From NCBI GenBank assembly GCA_016124955.1, contig WGMR01000008.1:18004-82003 (forward strand): a DNA stretch of 64,000 nucleotides, given 5' to 3'. A program made the translations under genes and the position numbers. Below are positions 9,191 to 18,290 of the stretch, one piece after another. The stretch's first letter is position 1; the number at the start of each line of letters is the position of its first letter. The notes under the pieces are model-generated. The model ran no database searches. It saw nothing but the letters and a program-made list of their open reading frames with translations, and was not told where the DNA came from. The DNA is from Alphaproteobacteria bacterium (GTDB lineage: Bacteria > Pseudomonadota > Alphaproteobacteria > UBA9219 > RFNS01).

Positions 9191-10075
9191 ATGGACGGCA
9201 AAAAGCGTGATTTTCTGAAAGTTGTGGGCGCGGCAGGTCTTGGCGCTTCGGCGGCCGGGCTGGCTTCATGCGGCCGCGAAAACACGGCGATCGAGCGCGA
9301 CGCCGATCCGATCGAGCGTGTGCTGCGCACCAACAAGCTGCGCGCCGGCTATATTCTTTATGACGTGATGGTGAAGCGCGACCCGGCCACCGGCCGGCTC
9401 GGCGGCCTTGTCCATGACGTGGCGCAGAAGGCCGCGAAGAATATCGGCGTCGAAATCGAATGGAGCGAAGAAGTTTATTTTGGCAACGCCTTCGAAGGGC
9501 TCAACACGGGCCGTTATGACGTTGTGTTTGCCAATCTGTGGCCCACCGGCCCCCGTATTCGCGCCGCCGGTTTCTGTCAGCCCATGTTCTACAGCGGGCT
9601 TGGCATCTATGCCCGCCCCGGCAACGCAGCGCGCTTCAAGACTGTGCGCGATATCAACGATCCTGGCGTGACCATCAGCACGATCGACGGCGATATTTCC
9701 GCCTATGTGATCGAAGACCGTTTCAGCAGCGCCAAGGTTACTTCCATGCCGCTGAACACGGATTACGCCCAGATGCTGCTGAATGTCGGCATGGGCAAGG
9801 CCGATATCGTGCTGGCCGACATCGGTTTCGCCAACAGCTATATCAAGCAAAATCCCGGCAGCCTGACAGAACTGTTCCCCGGCCACCCCTTGCAGGTGTT
9901 CGCAAACTGCTTCGCCATGAACCACGATCACGCCAAGCTGAAATCCGTTGTCGATCAGTCGGTCGCGGAGCTGTTGAATCGTGGTACGGTGGATGAATAC
10001 ATTGAACGGTATGAAAAACTGCCCGGCGATTATCTGCGGGTCGCGAAAAGCTACCGGGAACAACGCGCTTCCTAG
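9191..10075 (+). CDS. Family-3 (polar amino acid type) substrate-binding lipoprotein
   Basis: Tat-like KKRDFLK plus lipobox LASC; LRAGY, GLNTGRYD, GKADI, C-terminal GTVDEYIERY typical of the PBP type 2 fold. Confidence 0.75.
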   Translation: MDGKKRDFLKVVGAAGLGASAAGLASCGRENTAIERDADPIERVLRTNKLRAGYILYDVMVKRDPATGRLGGLVHDVAQKAAKNIGVEIEWSEEVYFGNAFEGLNTGRYDVVFANLWPTGPRIRAAGFCQPMFYSGLGIYARPGNAARFKTVRDINDPGVTISTIDGDISAYVIEDRFSSAKVTSMPLNTDYAQMLLNVGMGKADIVLADIGFANSYIKQNPGSLTELFPGHPLQVFANCFAMNHDHAKLKSVVDQSVAELLNRGTVDEYIERYEKLPGDYLRVAKSYREQRAS

Positions 10076-10189
10076 GCCTCGTGGCGTTTGGGCTTGTGTC
10101 CTGCGCATGGCCCGGCACCATGAAAATGTCTTACAAATACCGTGCTGACGGGTTAACCTGTCTGCCCCGCCCGCGTTTGCCGGTATCGC

Positions 10190-11953
10190 ATGACCTTAGA
10201 ACAATCCCAGATCATCGCCCTGCTGGCCGTTACGCTGGCGCTCTTTATCTGCAACCGCTGGCGCTACGATATTGTCGCAGCGGCGGCGTTGTTCGCGGCG
10301 GTGGCGTTGGGGCTTGTGCCCGCCGCTGAAGCCTTTTCCGGCTTTGCCGACCCGGTCGTCACTACGGTCGCATGCGCGCTTATCCTCAGCTACGGCGTTG
10401 CGCAATCCGGTCTTCCTATCATCGTGCTCGATCGTTTTCAGGGTTTGATGCAAACACCTACGCTGCGCGTGCTGATTTTTTCGCTGCTGGTGGCGGTATG
10501 CTCTGCCTTCATCAATAACGTGGCGGCGCTGGCGCTGTTTCTGCCCGCCGCGATCGGAAGCGCAAAAACGGCCAAGCAATCGCCCAGCGCGCTGTTGATG
10601 CCGATGGCCTTCGCTTCCCTGCTTGGCGGGCTGACGACGTTAATAGGCACGCCGCCCAATCTTATGATTTCCGCCATTCGCGAAAAGATCACGGGCAAGC
10701 CCTATGAAATGTTCGATTTCGGGCCCGTCGGCATCGTGCTTGTAGTGATCGGCCTGCTTTATCTTGTGTATGCATGGCGCAAGCTGCCGATGCAGCGGGC
10801 GGGTGCGGCGCAGAACGAACAGTTTAATATCGAAGATTATTTGACCGAGGTTGTGGTCGGAGAAAAATCGCTGATTGTCGGCAAAACCATAGCCGAAATT
10901 GAAAAGATGGCGGAGGACAGTATCGCGGTGGTCGGTCTTACGCGCGGCAGCTTCCATCGCATTATAACCGGCACGAAAACGGTGGTTTTCGCGGGCGATG
11001 TGCTGGTGCTGGAAGGCGATCCGGAAACGCTGAATGATTTTGTTGTTCGCATGAAGCTCGAACTTGTGGGCGGCGACAAGAAAGGGGATGCGACCAAAAA
11101 AGAAACCGAAATTGCCGAAGCGATCATCACCGAAGCTTCTTCCCTGATTGGCCACAACAGCAAATCGTTCCAGTTGCGCACACGCTACCAGGTTAATTTG
11201 CTGGCGATCCGCCGGCGCGGCCGTAATATACGGCAAAGGCTCGGCAGCATCACGTTTGAAGAAGGCGATGTCATCGTGGTGCAAGGCTATGCCGGCAACC
11301 TCACGGCCGTGTTGCAATGGCTGCAATGTCTGCCGCTGGCACGGCGCGATCTCAAGCTCGGTCAAAGCCGCAAGCCGTGGCTTGTCGGTCTTGTGATGGC
11401 GGCTGTTATCACGCTAAGCGTGCTCAAGATTTTCCCGGTCGCCGTCGCCTTCCTTGCGGGCGTGCTGGCGCTCATTGTGCTCAAGCGCCTTTCTGCGGGC
11501 GACATATATAAGGCGGTCGATTGGCCCATCATCATACTTCTGGGTGCCATGATCCCGGTAACGGGCGCGCTTGAAACCACGGGCGCGGCGCAACTGATCG
11601 CGGGAACCATCGCCGGGCTTGCGCCCGGCCTTGGCGATTTGTGGGTTGTGGGCCTTGTGATGTTTGCAACCATGGCGATAACGCCGATGCTCAATAACGC
11701 GGCCACCGTTCTGCTTATGGCGCCGCTGGCGGTCAATTTGGGGCAGCAGATCGGGCTCGCGGTCGATCCGCTTTTGATGGCGGTTGCGATCGGCGCTTCG
11801 TGCGATTTTCTCACGCCGATCGGGCATCAATCGAACACGCTGGTAATGGGGCCCGGCGGCTACCGTTTCAGCGATTACTGGAAGCTCGGTCTGCCGCTCA
11901 GCATTTTCGTCCTTATTGGCGGTACGCTCATGATCGAGCTGGTATGGATGTAG
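10190..11953 (+). CDS. SLC13/DASS-family permease with two TrkA-C domains
   Basis: SAFINN, LGGLTTLIGTPPNL, FLTPIGHQSNTLVMGPGGY; central soluble TrkA-C region. Confidence 0.9.
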   Translation: MTLEQSQIIALLAVTLALFICNRWRYDIVAAAALFAAVALGLVPAAEAFSGFADPVVTTVACALILSYGVAQSGLPIIVLDRFQGLMQTPTLRVLIFSLLVAVCSAFINNVAALALFLPAAIGSAKTAKQSPSALLMPMAFASLLGGLTTLIGTPPNLMISAIREKITGKPYEMFDFGPVGIVLVVIGLLYLVYAWRKLPMQRAGAAQNEQFNIEDYLTEVVVGEKSLIVGKTIAEIEKMAEDSIAVVGLTRGSFHRIITGTKTVVFAGDVLVLEGDPETLNDFVVRMKLELVGGDKKGDATKKETEIAEAIITEASSLIGHNSKSFQLRTRYQVNLLAIRRRGRNIRQRLGSITFEEGDVIVVQGYAGNLTAVLQWLQCLPLARRDLKLGQSRKPWLVGLVMAAVITLSVLKIFPVAVAFLAGVLALIVLKRLSAGDIYKAVDWPIIILLGAMIPVTGALETTGAAQLIAGTIAGLAPGLGDLWVVGLVMFATMAITPMLNNAATVLLMAPLAVNLGQQIGLAVDPLLMAVAIGASCDFLTPIGHQSNTLVMGPGGYRFSDYWKLGLPLSIFVLIGGTLMIELVWM

Positions 11954-12038
11954 GCGCGGCCGTGTTTTGCGGCCGATCAATGACTTAGGCGGGCATATAG
12001 CGCGTGCCTGCGCCGCCCGATTGGGCTATAAAATCTGC

Positions 12039-13268
12039 ATGGAAAACAGCAGTTTCAGTTTGCAGGGAAGGCGCATCCTGCTTGTTATATCGGGCGGGAT
12101 CGCGGCCTATAAAAGCCTCGATCTCATTCGCCGCCTGAAGGAACGCGGCGCCACGGTGCGCTGCATCCTCACCAAAGGCGGGGCGGAATTCGTCACGCCG
12201 CTTTCGGTTTCCTCGCTCTCCGGCGAAAAGGTCTATGACGATCTGTTCTCGCTCACGGACGAACATGAAATGGGGCATATCCGCCTTACGCGAACAGCCG
12301 ATCTTGCCGTTGTCGCGCCCGCAAGCGCGAACCTGATCGCGCGGCTGGCGCAAGGGCGCGCGGATGATCTTGCCAGCACGACTTTACTCGCGTCCGACAA
12401 ACCCATCCTTGTTGTCCCCGCCATGAACGCCAAGATGTGGCAAAGCGAAGCGGTGCAGGCGAACATTGCCGTGCTTGCGGCGCGTGGCACCATGCTGGTG
12501 CGGCCGGGCACGGGTGAAATGGCGTGCGGTGAAGTGGGCGAAGGCCGCATGGCCGAAGTCGCCGAGATTGTAGCGGACATCGAAAAATATTTTGCGCAGC
12601 CCGGCCCGCTTAGCGGCCGCCGCGCGCTTGTTACAAGCGGGCCAACGCATGAACCGCTCGATCCCGTGCGGTTCATTGGCAACCGGTCTTCGGGCAAGCA
12701 AGGCCATGCCATCGCCGCCGCGCTGGCGCGCGAAGGGGCGGCCGTGACGCTTGTTACCGGCCCCGTTGCGTTACCCGACCCTGCGGGCATCCGCACCATA
12801 CATGTTCAAACCGCGCGCGAAATGCTTGAAGCGTGCGAAGCCGCGTTGCCGGCCGATATCGCCGTGTGCGCCGCCGCGGTGGCCGATTGGCGCCCGGCTG
12901 AGGAAAGCGCGCAAAAACTGAAGAAGGGCGCCGCCGAACCCGCGCTGCGGCTGGTTGAAAACCCGGATATTCTGGCCATGATAGCGCGCGAAGGGAACAT
13001 TCGCCCCCGCCTTGTGGTTGGCTTTGCCGCTGAAACCGAAAAGGCGGATGAAAACGCCCGGCGCAAGCTTGCGGGTAAGAATTGCGACTGGATTGTTGTG
13101 AACGATGTTTCCGGCGGCGCGGTTTTCGATGCCGATGAAAACAAGGTCACGTTGCTTGCGCGCGATAGCGCGGGTAAGGTTGTGACAGAATCATGGGACG
13201 CCATGCCGAAGGACGATGTGGCGCGTTTGTTGGCGGCCCGCGTCTCCGATCATTTCAAGGCAGCCTAG
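12039..13268 (+). CDS. coaBC: Phosphopantothenoylcysteine decarboxylase/ligase
   Basis: SGGIAAYK, PAMN, ACGEVGEGR, TSGPTHEPLDPVRFIGNRSSGKQG, GFAAET. Confidence 0.97.
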   Translation: MENSSFSLQGRRILLVISGGIAAYKSLDLIRRLKERGATVRCILTKGGAEFVTPLSVSSLSGEKVYDDLFSLTDEHEMGHIRLTRTADLAVVAPASANLIARLAQGRADDLASTTLLASDKPILVVPAMNAKMWQSEAVQANIAVLAARGTMLVRPGTGEMACGEVGEGRMAEVAEIVADIEKYFAQPGPLSGRRALVTSGPTHEPLDPVRFIGNRSSGKQGHAIAAALAREGAAVTLVTGPVALPDPAGIRTIHVQTAREMLEACEAALPADIAVCAAAVADWRPAEESAQKLKKGAAEPALRLVENPDILAMIAREGNIRPRLVVGFAAETEKADENARRKLAGKNCDWIVVNDVSGGAVFDADENKVTLLARDSAGKVVTESWDAMPKDDVARLLAARVSDHFKAA

Positions 13269-13280
13269 GAATAGAAAAGC

Positions 13281-13748
13281 ATGAGCCAGATCAAGATCGC
13301 CGTTACCCGCCTTCCGCACGCCGAAGGGCTCGATCTTCCCGCCTATGCAACCGAACAGGCCGCCGGCATGGATCTGCAAGCGGCGGTGGCGCAAGATTTG
13401 GTGATCGCGCCGCAGGCACGTGCCCTGGTGCCTACGGGGCTGTGCATCGCGCTGCCGGAAGGCTATGAAGCGCAGGTGCGGCCGCGTTCCGGCCTTGCGC
13501 TCAAACATGGCGTGACGGTGCTCAATGCGCCCGGCACGGTCGATGCCGATTACAGGGGCGAGGTTGGCGTCATTCTCGCCAATACGGGCACCGAGCCTTT
13601 CACCATTACGCGCGGCATGCGCATTGCGCAGATGGTTATCGCCTCCTATACCCGTATCGGCTGGTCCGAAGTGCGGGAACTGCCGGCGTCCGCCCGCGGC
13701 GAAGGCGGATTCGGTTCCACGGGTACGATGCGGCGCACGGCGAATTGA
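13281..13748 (+). CDS. dut: dUTP diphosphatase
   Basis: [38 protein letters not shown]. Confidence 0.98.
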   Translation: MSQIKIAVTRLPHAEGLDLPAYATEQAAGMDLQAAVAQDLVIAPQARALVPTGLCIALPEGYEAQVRPRSGLALKHGVTVLNAPGTVDADYRGEVGVILANTGTEPFTITRGMRIAQMVIASYTRIGWSEVRELPASARGEGGFGSTGTMRRTAN

Positions 13749-13762
13749 AACGGGATTAATTT

Positions 13763-15079
13763 ATGAATATTGCGATTCTTGGTGCCGGTTATGTCGGGCT
13801 TGTATCTGCGGCATGCTTCGCCGAATTCGGCCATACCGTTGTCTGTATCGATTCCAACAAGGAAAAAATCGCGCGCCTGCAAAAGGGCCAGATTCCCATT
13901 TATGAACCCGGTCTCGATGACCTGGTCGAACGCAACGCCGCCAAAGGCAATCTGAAGTTCGCAGATACGCTCGATGGCGCGGCGGCCGATGCCGACGCGA
14001 TTTTTATTGCCGTCGGAACGCCCAGCCGCCGCGGCGACGGGCATGCCGATCTTTCCTATGTTTACGCGGCCGCGAAGGATATCGCCGGGCGGCTTGATGG
14101 CTATACCGTGGTCGTGACCAAATCCACCGTGCCGGTCGGCACCGGGCGGGAGGTGCAGAAAATCATCCGCGAAGCCAACCCGGCTGCCGATTTCGATGTG
14201 TGCTCCAACCCGGAATTTTTGCGCGAAGGATCCGCGATCGGTGATTTCATGCGCCCGGACCGCGTGGTGATTGGCGCTGAAAATACCCGCGCGGGCGATG
14301 TGATGCGTGCGCTCTACCGGCCGCTCTATATCAACGAAACACCGGTGGTGCAGACCGGTCTGGAAACCGCCGAGCTGATCAAATATGCCGCCAACGCTTT
14401 CCTTGCCACCAAGATCACCTTTATCAACGAGATTGCGGATTTGTGCGAGCGTGTTGGCGCGGATGTGCAGGATGTCGCGCGCGGCATCGGGCTTGATGGC
14501 CGCATCGGCCGCAAGTTTTTGCATGCCGGGCCGGGTTTCGGCGGTTCGTGTTTCCCCAAAGATACGCTTGCGCTTGTGCGCACGGCACAGGAAGCGGGTT
14601 CGCCCATGCGTATCGTCGAAACCGTTGTGGATGTGAACGACAGGCGCAAGGCCAGCATGGCCACGCGCATCATGGATGCTTGCGGCGGGCCGAAGGGCGG
14701 CGGCGTGAAGGGCAAGACCATCGCCATTCTCGGGCTTACCTTCAAACCCAACACCGACGATATGCGCGATAGCGTCAGCCTCGAAATCGTCCCGGCATTG
14801 CAGAAAGCTGGCGCGGTTGTGCGCGCCTTCGATCCCGCCGGGATGGAATATGCCGCACGCGTTCTGCCGGGCGTGACCTTGTGCAAGGATGCCTATGATG
14901 CGCTTGCGGGCGCCGATTGCGCCGCCATTCTTACCGAATGGAACGAATTTCGCGCGCTCGATCTTGCCCGCCTGCGCAGCCTGATGCGGGCGCCGGTGGT
15001 GGTGGATTTACGGAATGTCTATAAGGGCGACGAGATGCGGGAAGCGGGAATCGCCTATGCATCGATAGGCCGCAGATAG
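13763..15079 (+). CDS. ugd: UDP-glucose 6-dehydrogenase
   Basis: GAGYVG, IAVGTP, KSTVPVGT, NPEFLREG, GFGGSCFPKD, FKPNTDD. Confidence 0.95.
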   Translation: MNIAILGAGYVGLVSAACFAEFGHTVVCIDSNKEKIARLQKGQIPIYEPGLDDLVERNAAKGNLKFADTLDGAAADADAIFIAVGTPSRRGDGHADLSYVYAAAKDIAGRLDGYTVVVTKSTVPVGTGREVQKIIREANPAADFDVCSNPEFLREGSAIGDFMRPDRVVIGAENTRAGDVMRALYRPLYINETPVVQTGLETAELIKYAANAFLATKITFINEIADLCERVGADVQDVARGIGLDGRIGRKFLHAGPGFGGSCFPKDTLALVRTAQEAGSPMRIVETVVDVNDRRKASMATRIMDACGGPKGGGVKGKTIAILGLTFKPNTDDMRDSVSLEIVPALQKAGAVVRAFDPAGMEYAARVLPGVTLCKDAYDALAGADCAAILTEWNEFRALDLARLRSLMRAPVVVDLRNVYKGDEMREAGIAYASIGRR

Positions 15080-15328
15080 TTTATTTTCACTATAAATCTG
15101 GTTAATAATGCTATTGTATATCATAGCAATATCAATATGTTATATTGCAATTAGGGTAAAGAAAAGCGGGCCAAAAAAAATCAAAACGAACGTTTTTATT
15201 TTCGCCTTATTTGGGCTAAACCCTAAGATTGCTTGAATATTTATATACATATTATTGGCAATAAATTACTATTTTGCGGAAAGCGAAATTGATGAGATTC
15301 CCGTTGCGCGTGCTGGGCTATAAGCGAC

Positions 15329-16423
15329 ATGGCTAGTAGTTCACCCAAGAACCTGTTTTCGGAAGACGAGAGCTATGAACTGGTCGCCATTGACCAGAAT
15401 AGCGATAAGGATTTTGTTGCCGAATTGGCGGGCGTGTACGCGGCCGGCTTCAACACGGTCAAAGAAGTCCAGCCGGAATGGGATCTGGAAGGGGCGCTCA
15501 AGCTTCTGAAGCAACGCTTGCAAAGACCTTCTGCAATCCTTGCGGTACGCGACAAAAAAACCGGCAAACTCTGCGCCGGGTTTTTTGCCGATATCATGCC
15601 CGGCAAAGACGGCATGCGCGTTTCTTCCTTCGATATCGTGGTGCTGCCCGAACATCGTAATAACCCGGAAGCAAGGTTGGGCACGAGGCTTCTGCACGAA
15701 GGCATGATCGCCGCCAATACGGCTAGCCGGCAGGAATTCGGGGAGGATTTGGCCGTCTGGGAAGGCCAGACATATAAAAAGCTTGCAGGGAAGCATCCAT
15801 ATGAATGGTGGATGGCCATGGATTACGAGCCGAAATCCCTGTTCCATATTGCCGCCGCAAGCATCACATGCCTGCCGAATTTGCCTGATGCAAATGTCGC
15901 TATCAAGCCATTGGATGTCTCAAATCACAGGGCTATGAAAAAAGTATCCGAGTTCATGGCAAGGAAATCCACCGGCCCGGACCAGGATGGACGAAACTGG
16001 TCGCCGGAACGCGCGAAAAAATATCTGGCCTATATGGCCAGATACAATCCATCGATCATCCGTGTTGCGTACGGAAAGCGCGGCGAAGTTATCGGCTGCT
16101 TTTTCGGTGACACGGTTTTGGGCCGTAGTGGTCCGCACATGACCGATACGCTGGTGTTCGCCGACAACGAAAAAATGTCGGAACAAAGCATAACCGCCTT
16201 GCTGGTCGAAGGGGTCAAGGCCGCCGATCATGCCGCGCAGGATCGTTATGGTAGCCAGCTCCGTGACGTTGAAATGCCCTACTGGTCAAGCAATCGGCAT
16301 ATATGGCCGATTCTGGAACGCGCCGGGCTGCAAGAAGACAAGGATTTCGTCCATGTCGTTGCCGATGCCGACAGGTTCAGGGATAAGATCAAGCTCAAGG
16401 CAAGCGCGCTTAATTTTGGCTAA
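15329..16423 (+). CDS. Hypothetical protein, probable tandem GNAT-fold acyltransferase
   Basis: Two internally similar halves; first has motif-A-like DIVVLPEHRNNPEARLGTRLL. Confidence 0.6.
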   Translation: MASSSPKNLFSEDESYELVAIDQNSDKDFVAELAGVYAAGFNTVKEVQPEWDLEGALKLLKQRLQRPSAILAVRDKKTGKLCAGFFADIMPGKDGMRVSSFDIVVLPEHRNNPEARLGTRLLHEGMIAANTASRQEFGEDLAVWEGQTYKKLAGKHPYEWWMAMDYEPKSLFHIAAASITCLPNLPDANVAIKPLDVSNHRAMKKVSEFMARKSTGPDQDGRNWSPERAKKYLAYMARYNPSIIRVAYGKRGEVIGCFFGDTVLGRSGPHMTDTLVFADNEKMSEQSITALLVEGVKAADHAAQDRYGSQLRDVEMPYWSSNRHIWPILERAGLQEDKDFVHVVADADRFRDKIKLKASALNFG

Positions 16424-16435
16424 TAAGGCCGGGCG

Positions 16436-17077
16436 CTATTTGGTCGGGACGACCGCTTCCTGCCAGAAAGCATCGAACTGTTGTATCAGCGATTTGATAA
16501 GCTGTTCCGAATATATCGAAACGATCATGACATCCTCGGCCGACGCTTTCATGTAGAAGATGACGTGATTGCCGAAAAGATAGTATGGCAGGGCGTGCGT
16601 GTGGTCTTTCCTTAGCCAGCGGTATTCACCGTATTTTGCGGCGAAGTTGGTGTCGCCATAAGGAATAAGGCACTTCGCATCGAGATTCTTGATGGTTCCC
16701 ATGCGATCAAGATGGGCTTTCGAATAGGCGGAAGTGAAGTTCTCCATCAGATTGTCGCTGAAGTTGAAGTGACGCGTAATCCCGCCTTCGGTCTTCATGG
16801 CGTCAAAGATGTCATCAAGGACTTGCTTGTACCCTTCGTGCCCGATGTAGGTTTTGACCAGCTCTTTGTGCTTTTGCACGCCTTCGTTTTCGGTAAACTC
16901 CACATCGCGTGCCCTGAAGGCCCGCACGATTGCTTCGGCGGTTGATTCCTGCGGGCGGAAGGTGCCGTGCTCAATATTCTTGATGGTTTCGGGGGATATG
17001 CTGGCGGCTTTGGCGAGATCGGCCCTCGTCCAGTCCAGCAGACCTCGTGCAGCGCGAAGTTGTGCGGGTGAGGGCAT
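16436..17077 (-). CDS. XRE-family HTH regulator with TrmB-like C-terminal domain
   Basis: QLRAARGLLDWTRADLAKAASISPETIKNIEHG HTH; C-terminal part VKTYIGHEGYKQVLDDI...YYLFGN...QQFDAFW. Confidence 0.8.
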   Translation of the reverse strand: MPSPAQLRAARGLLDWTRADLAKAASISPETIKNIEHGTFRPQESTAEAIVRAFRARDVEFTENEGVQKHKELVKTYIGHEGYKQVLDDIFDAMKTEGGITRHFNFSDNLMENFTSAYSKAHLDRMGTIKNLDAKCLIPYGDTNFAAKYGEYRWLRKDHTHALPYYLFGNHVIFYMKASAEDVMIVSIYSEQLIKSLIQQFDAFWQEAVVPTK

Positions 17078-17369
17078 GGCGGTTTCTCTTGCTCTATTTG
17101 GCCTGTATCTGCTCGATTAACTACCATTTTAGGGTATTTGGCAAGTAAAGTAATAGTTTCGAGTTTTTTGCACTGCGTTAAATCATATTAACCTTAAAAA
17201 ATAATGCCTTAGATCATCTGTCTAACGCAGCATGAAACTATTTATGTTATTTAATTGACCAATATTGGCATGTATAAAGGCCATCATAGTTGGCGAATCG
17301 TTATCTATAAAAAACAGCTTGCACTTACTCAGCTATGGTTAAGAAATGAATGTTAGAAGCAAAAAGATC

Positions 17370-17708
17370 ATGAACGACAACAGCCGCAAACCAAAAACGG
17401 ATATGGACAGCGCACGCGATGCGCTGGCGCGCGACCTTGCTGATCTGAAGCAGATGAGCGATGCCGTCATGGCCGGTGAATGGGAAGGGCATAAACCGCG
17501 CGGCCTTTCAGAGTCGGAGATTATTTCCATCACCGCGCTTGTCAGCTATGTGGCGCATACACGCGGCAAGAAGGAAGACGATGTCCGCAATGGCCTGTTC
17601 GAACGTTTCGGCGTAGGCGAAATCGAAAGCCTTGCGCCTGCCGCTTATGACGATGCGGTGCGCTTCCTGGTCGATCAGGTGCCGGAAGACGCGACAGGCT
17701 CCGGCTAG
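17370..17708 (+). CDS. Hypothetical protein with ORF6C/antirepressor-like C-terminus
   Basis: LFERFGVGEIESLAPAAYDDAVRFL resembles phage antirepressor C-terminal domains; alternative start 17346. Confidence 0.55.
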   Translation: MNDNSRKPKTDMDSARDALARDLADLKQMSDAVMAGEWEGHKPRGLSESEIISITALVSYVAHTRGKKEDDVRNGLFERFGVGEIESLAPAAYDDAVRFLVDQVPEDATGSG

Positions 17709-17893
17709 GCTCCTTGTTGGGGGCCGGTAGCGGGCCCTGTTTCTCCTATTCTTGCAAAAGCCGTTTGCAACCGTTCTTCCTCGGTCATATGAACGGCGGC
17801 GGTATTTCCTGTGCGCGCCAGCTTCTCGATGATGACAAGCATATCGAAGGCGCCATCGGCGCCGTAACGCGCGATCATATCCGCATAACGCAT
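17705..17893 (-). CDS. Small hypothetical protein (62 aa), paralog of 17901..18104
   Basis: MRYADMIARYG...IEKLA...EEERLQTA; clear similarity to the adjacent ORF. Confidence 0.65.
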   Translation of the reverse strand: MRYADMIARYGADGAFDMLVIIEKLARTGNTAAVHMTEEERLQTAFARIGETGPATGPQQGA

Positions 17894-17900
17894 GGGCTGG

Positions 17901-18104
17901 TTACCCCGCTGCATGCTTGATCGTTTCTGCCTCGTCGATCGGGCACACATCGTCAAGCCGGATCAGTGCGGTTTGCAGCCGTTCTTCTTCCCGCATTGCT
18001 AGCCGTGCGGCATCGGTCTGTATTTGCGCCATTTTCTCAAGCGACATGAGGATATCCATCGCCATGACCTTGCCGAATTTTTTACACATCTGTCCGTACG
18101 TCAT
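17901..18104 (-). CDS. Small hypothetical protein (67 aa), paralog of 17705..17893
   Basis: GGAGGG RBS; MTYGQMCKKFG...LEKMA...EEERLQTA. Confidence 0.7.
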   Translation of the reverse strand: MTYGQMCKKFGKVMAMDILMSLEKMAQIQTDAARLAMREEERLQTALIRLDDVCPIDEAETIKHAAG

Positions 18105-18290
18105 ATGTCCCTCCATTTTTCTATGAAGATTCAATCGCTTTAGCCTGCGTGCCACCTCTTGTCCTGTTGCCTGCGGTAACTGAAAACCGGTATTAAGATA
18201 ACATTTTGTTATTTTTATCGCTTGTTAATTCACATTACGTAATGTAATAATACATGAAACGGAATTTTTGTCATCAGGAGAATTAATTTT

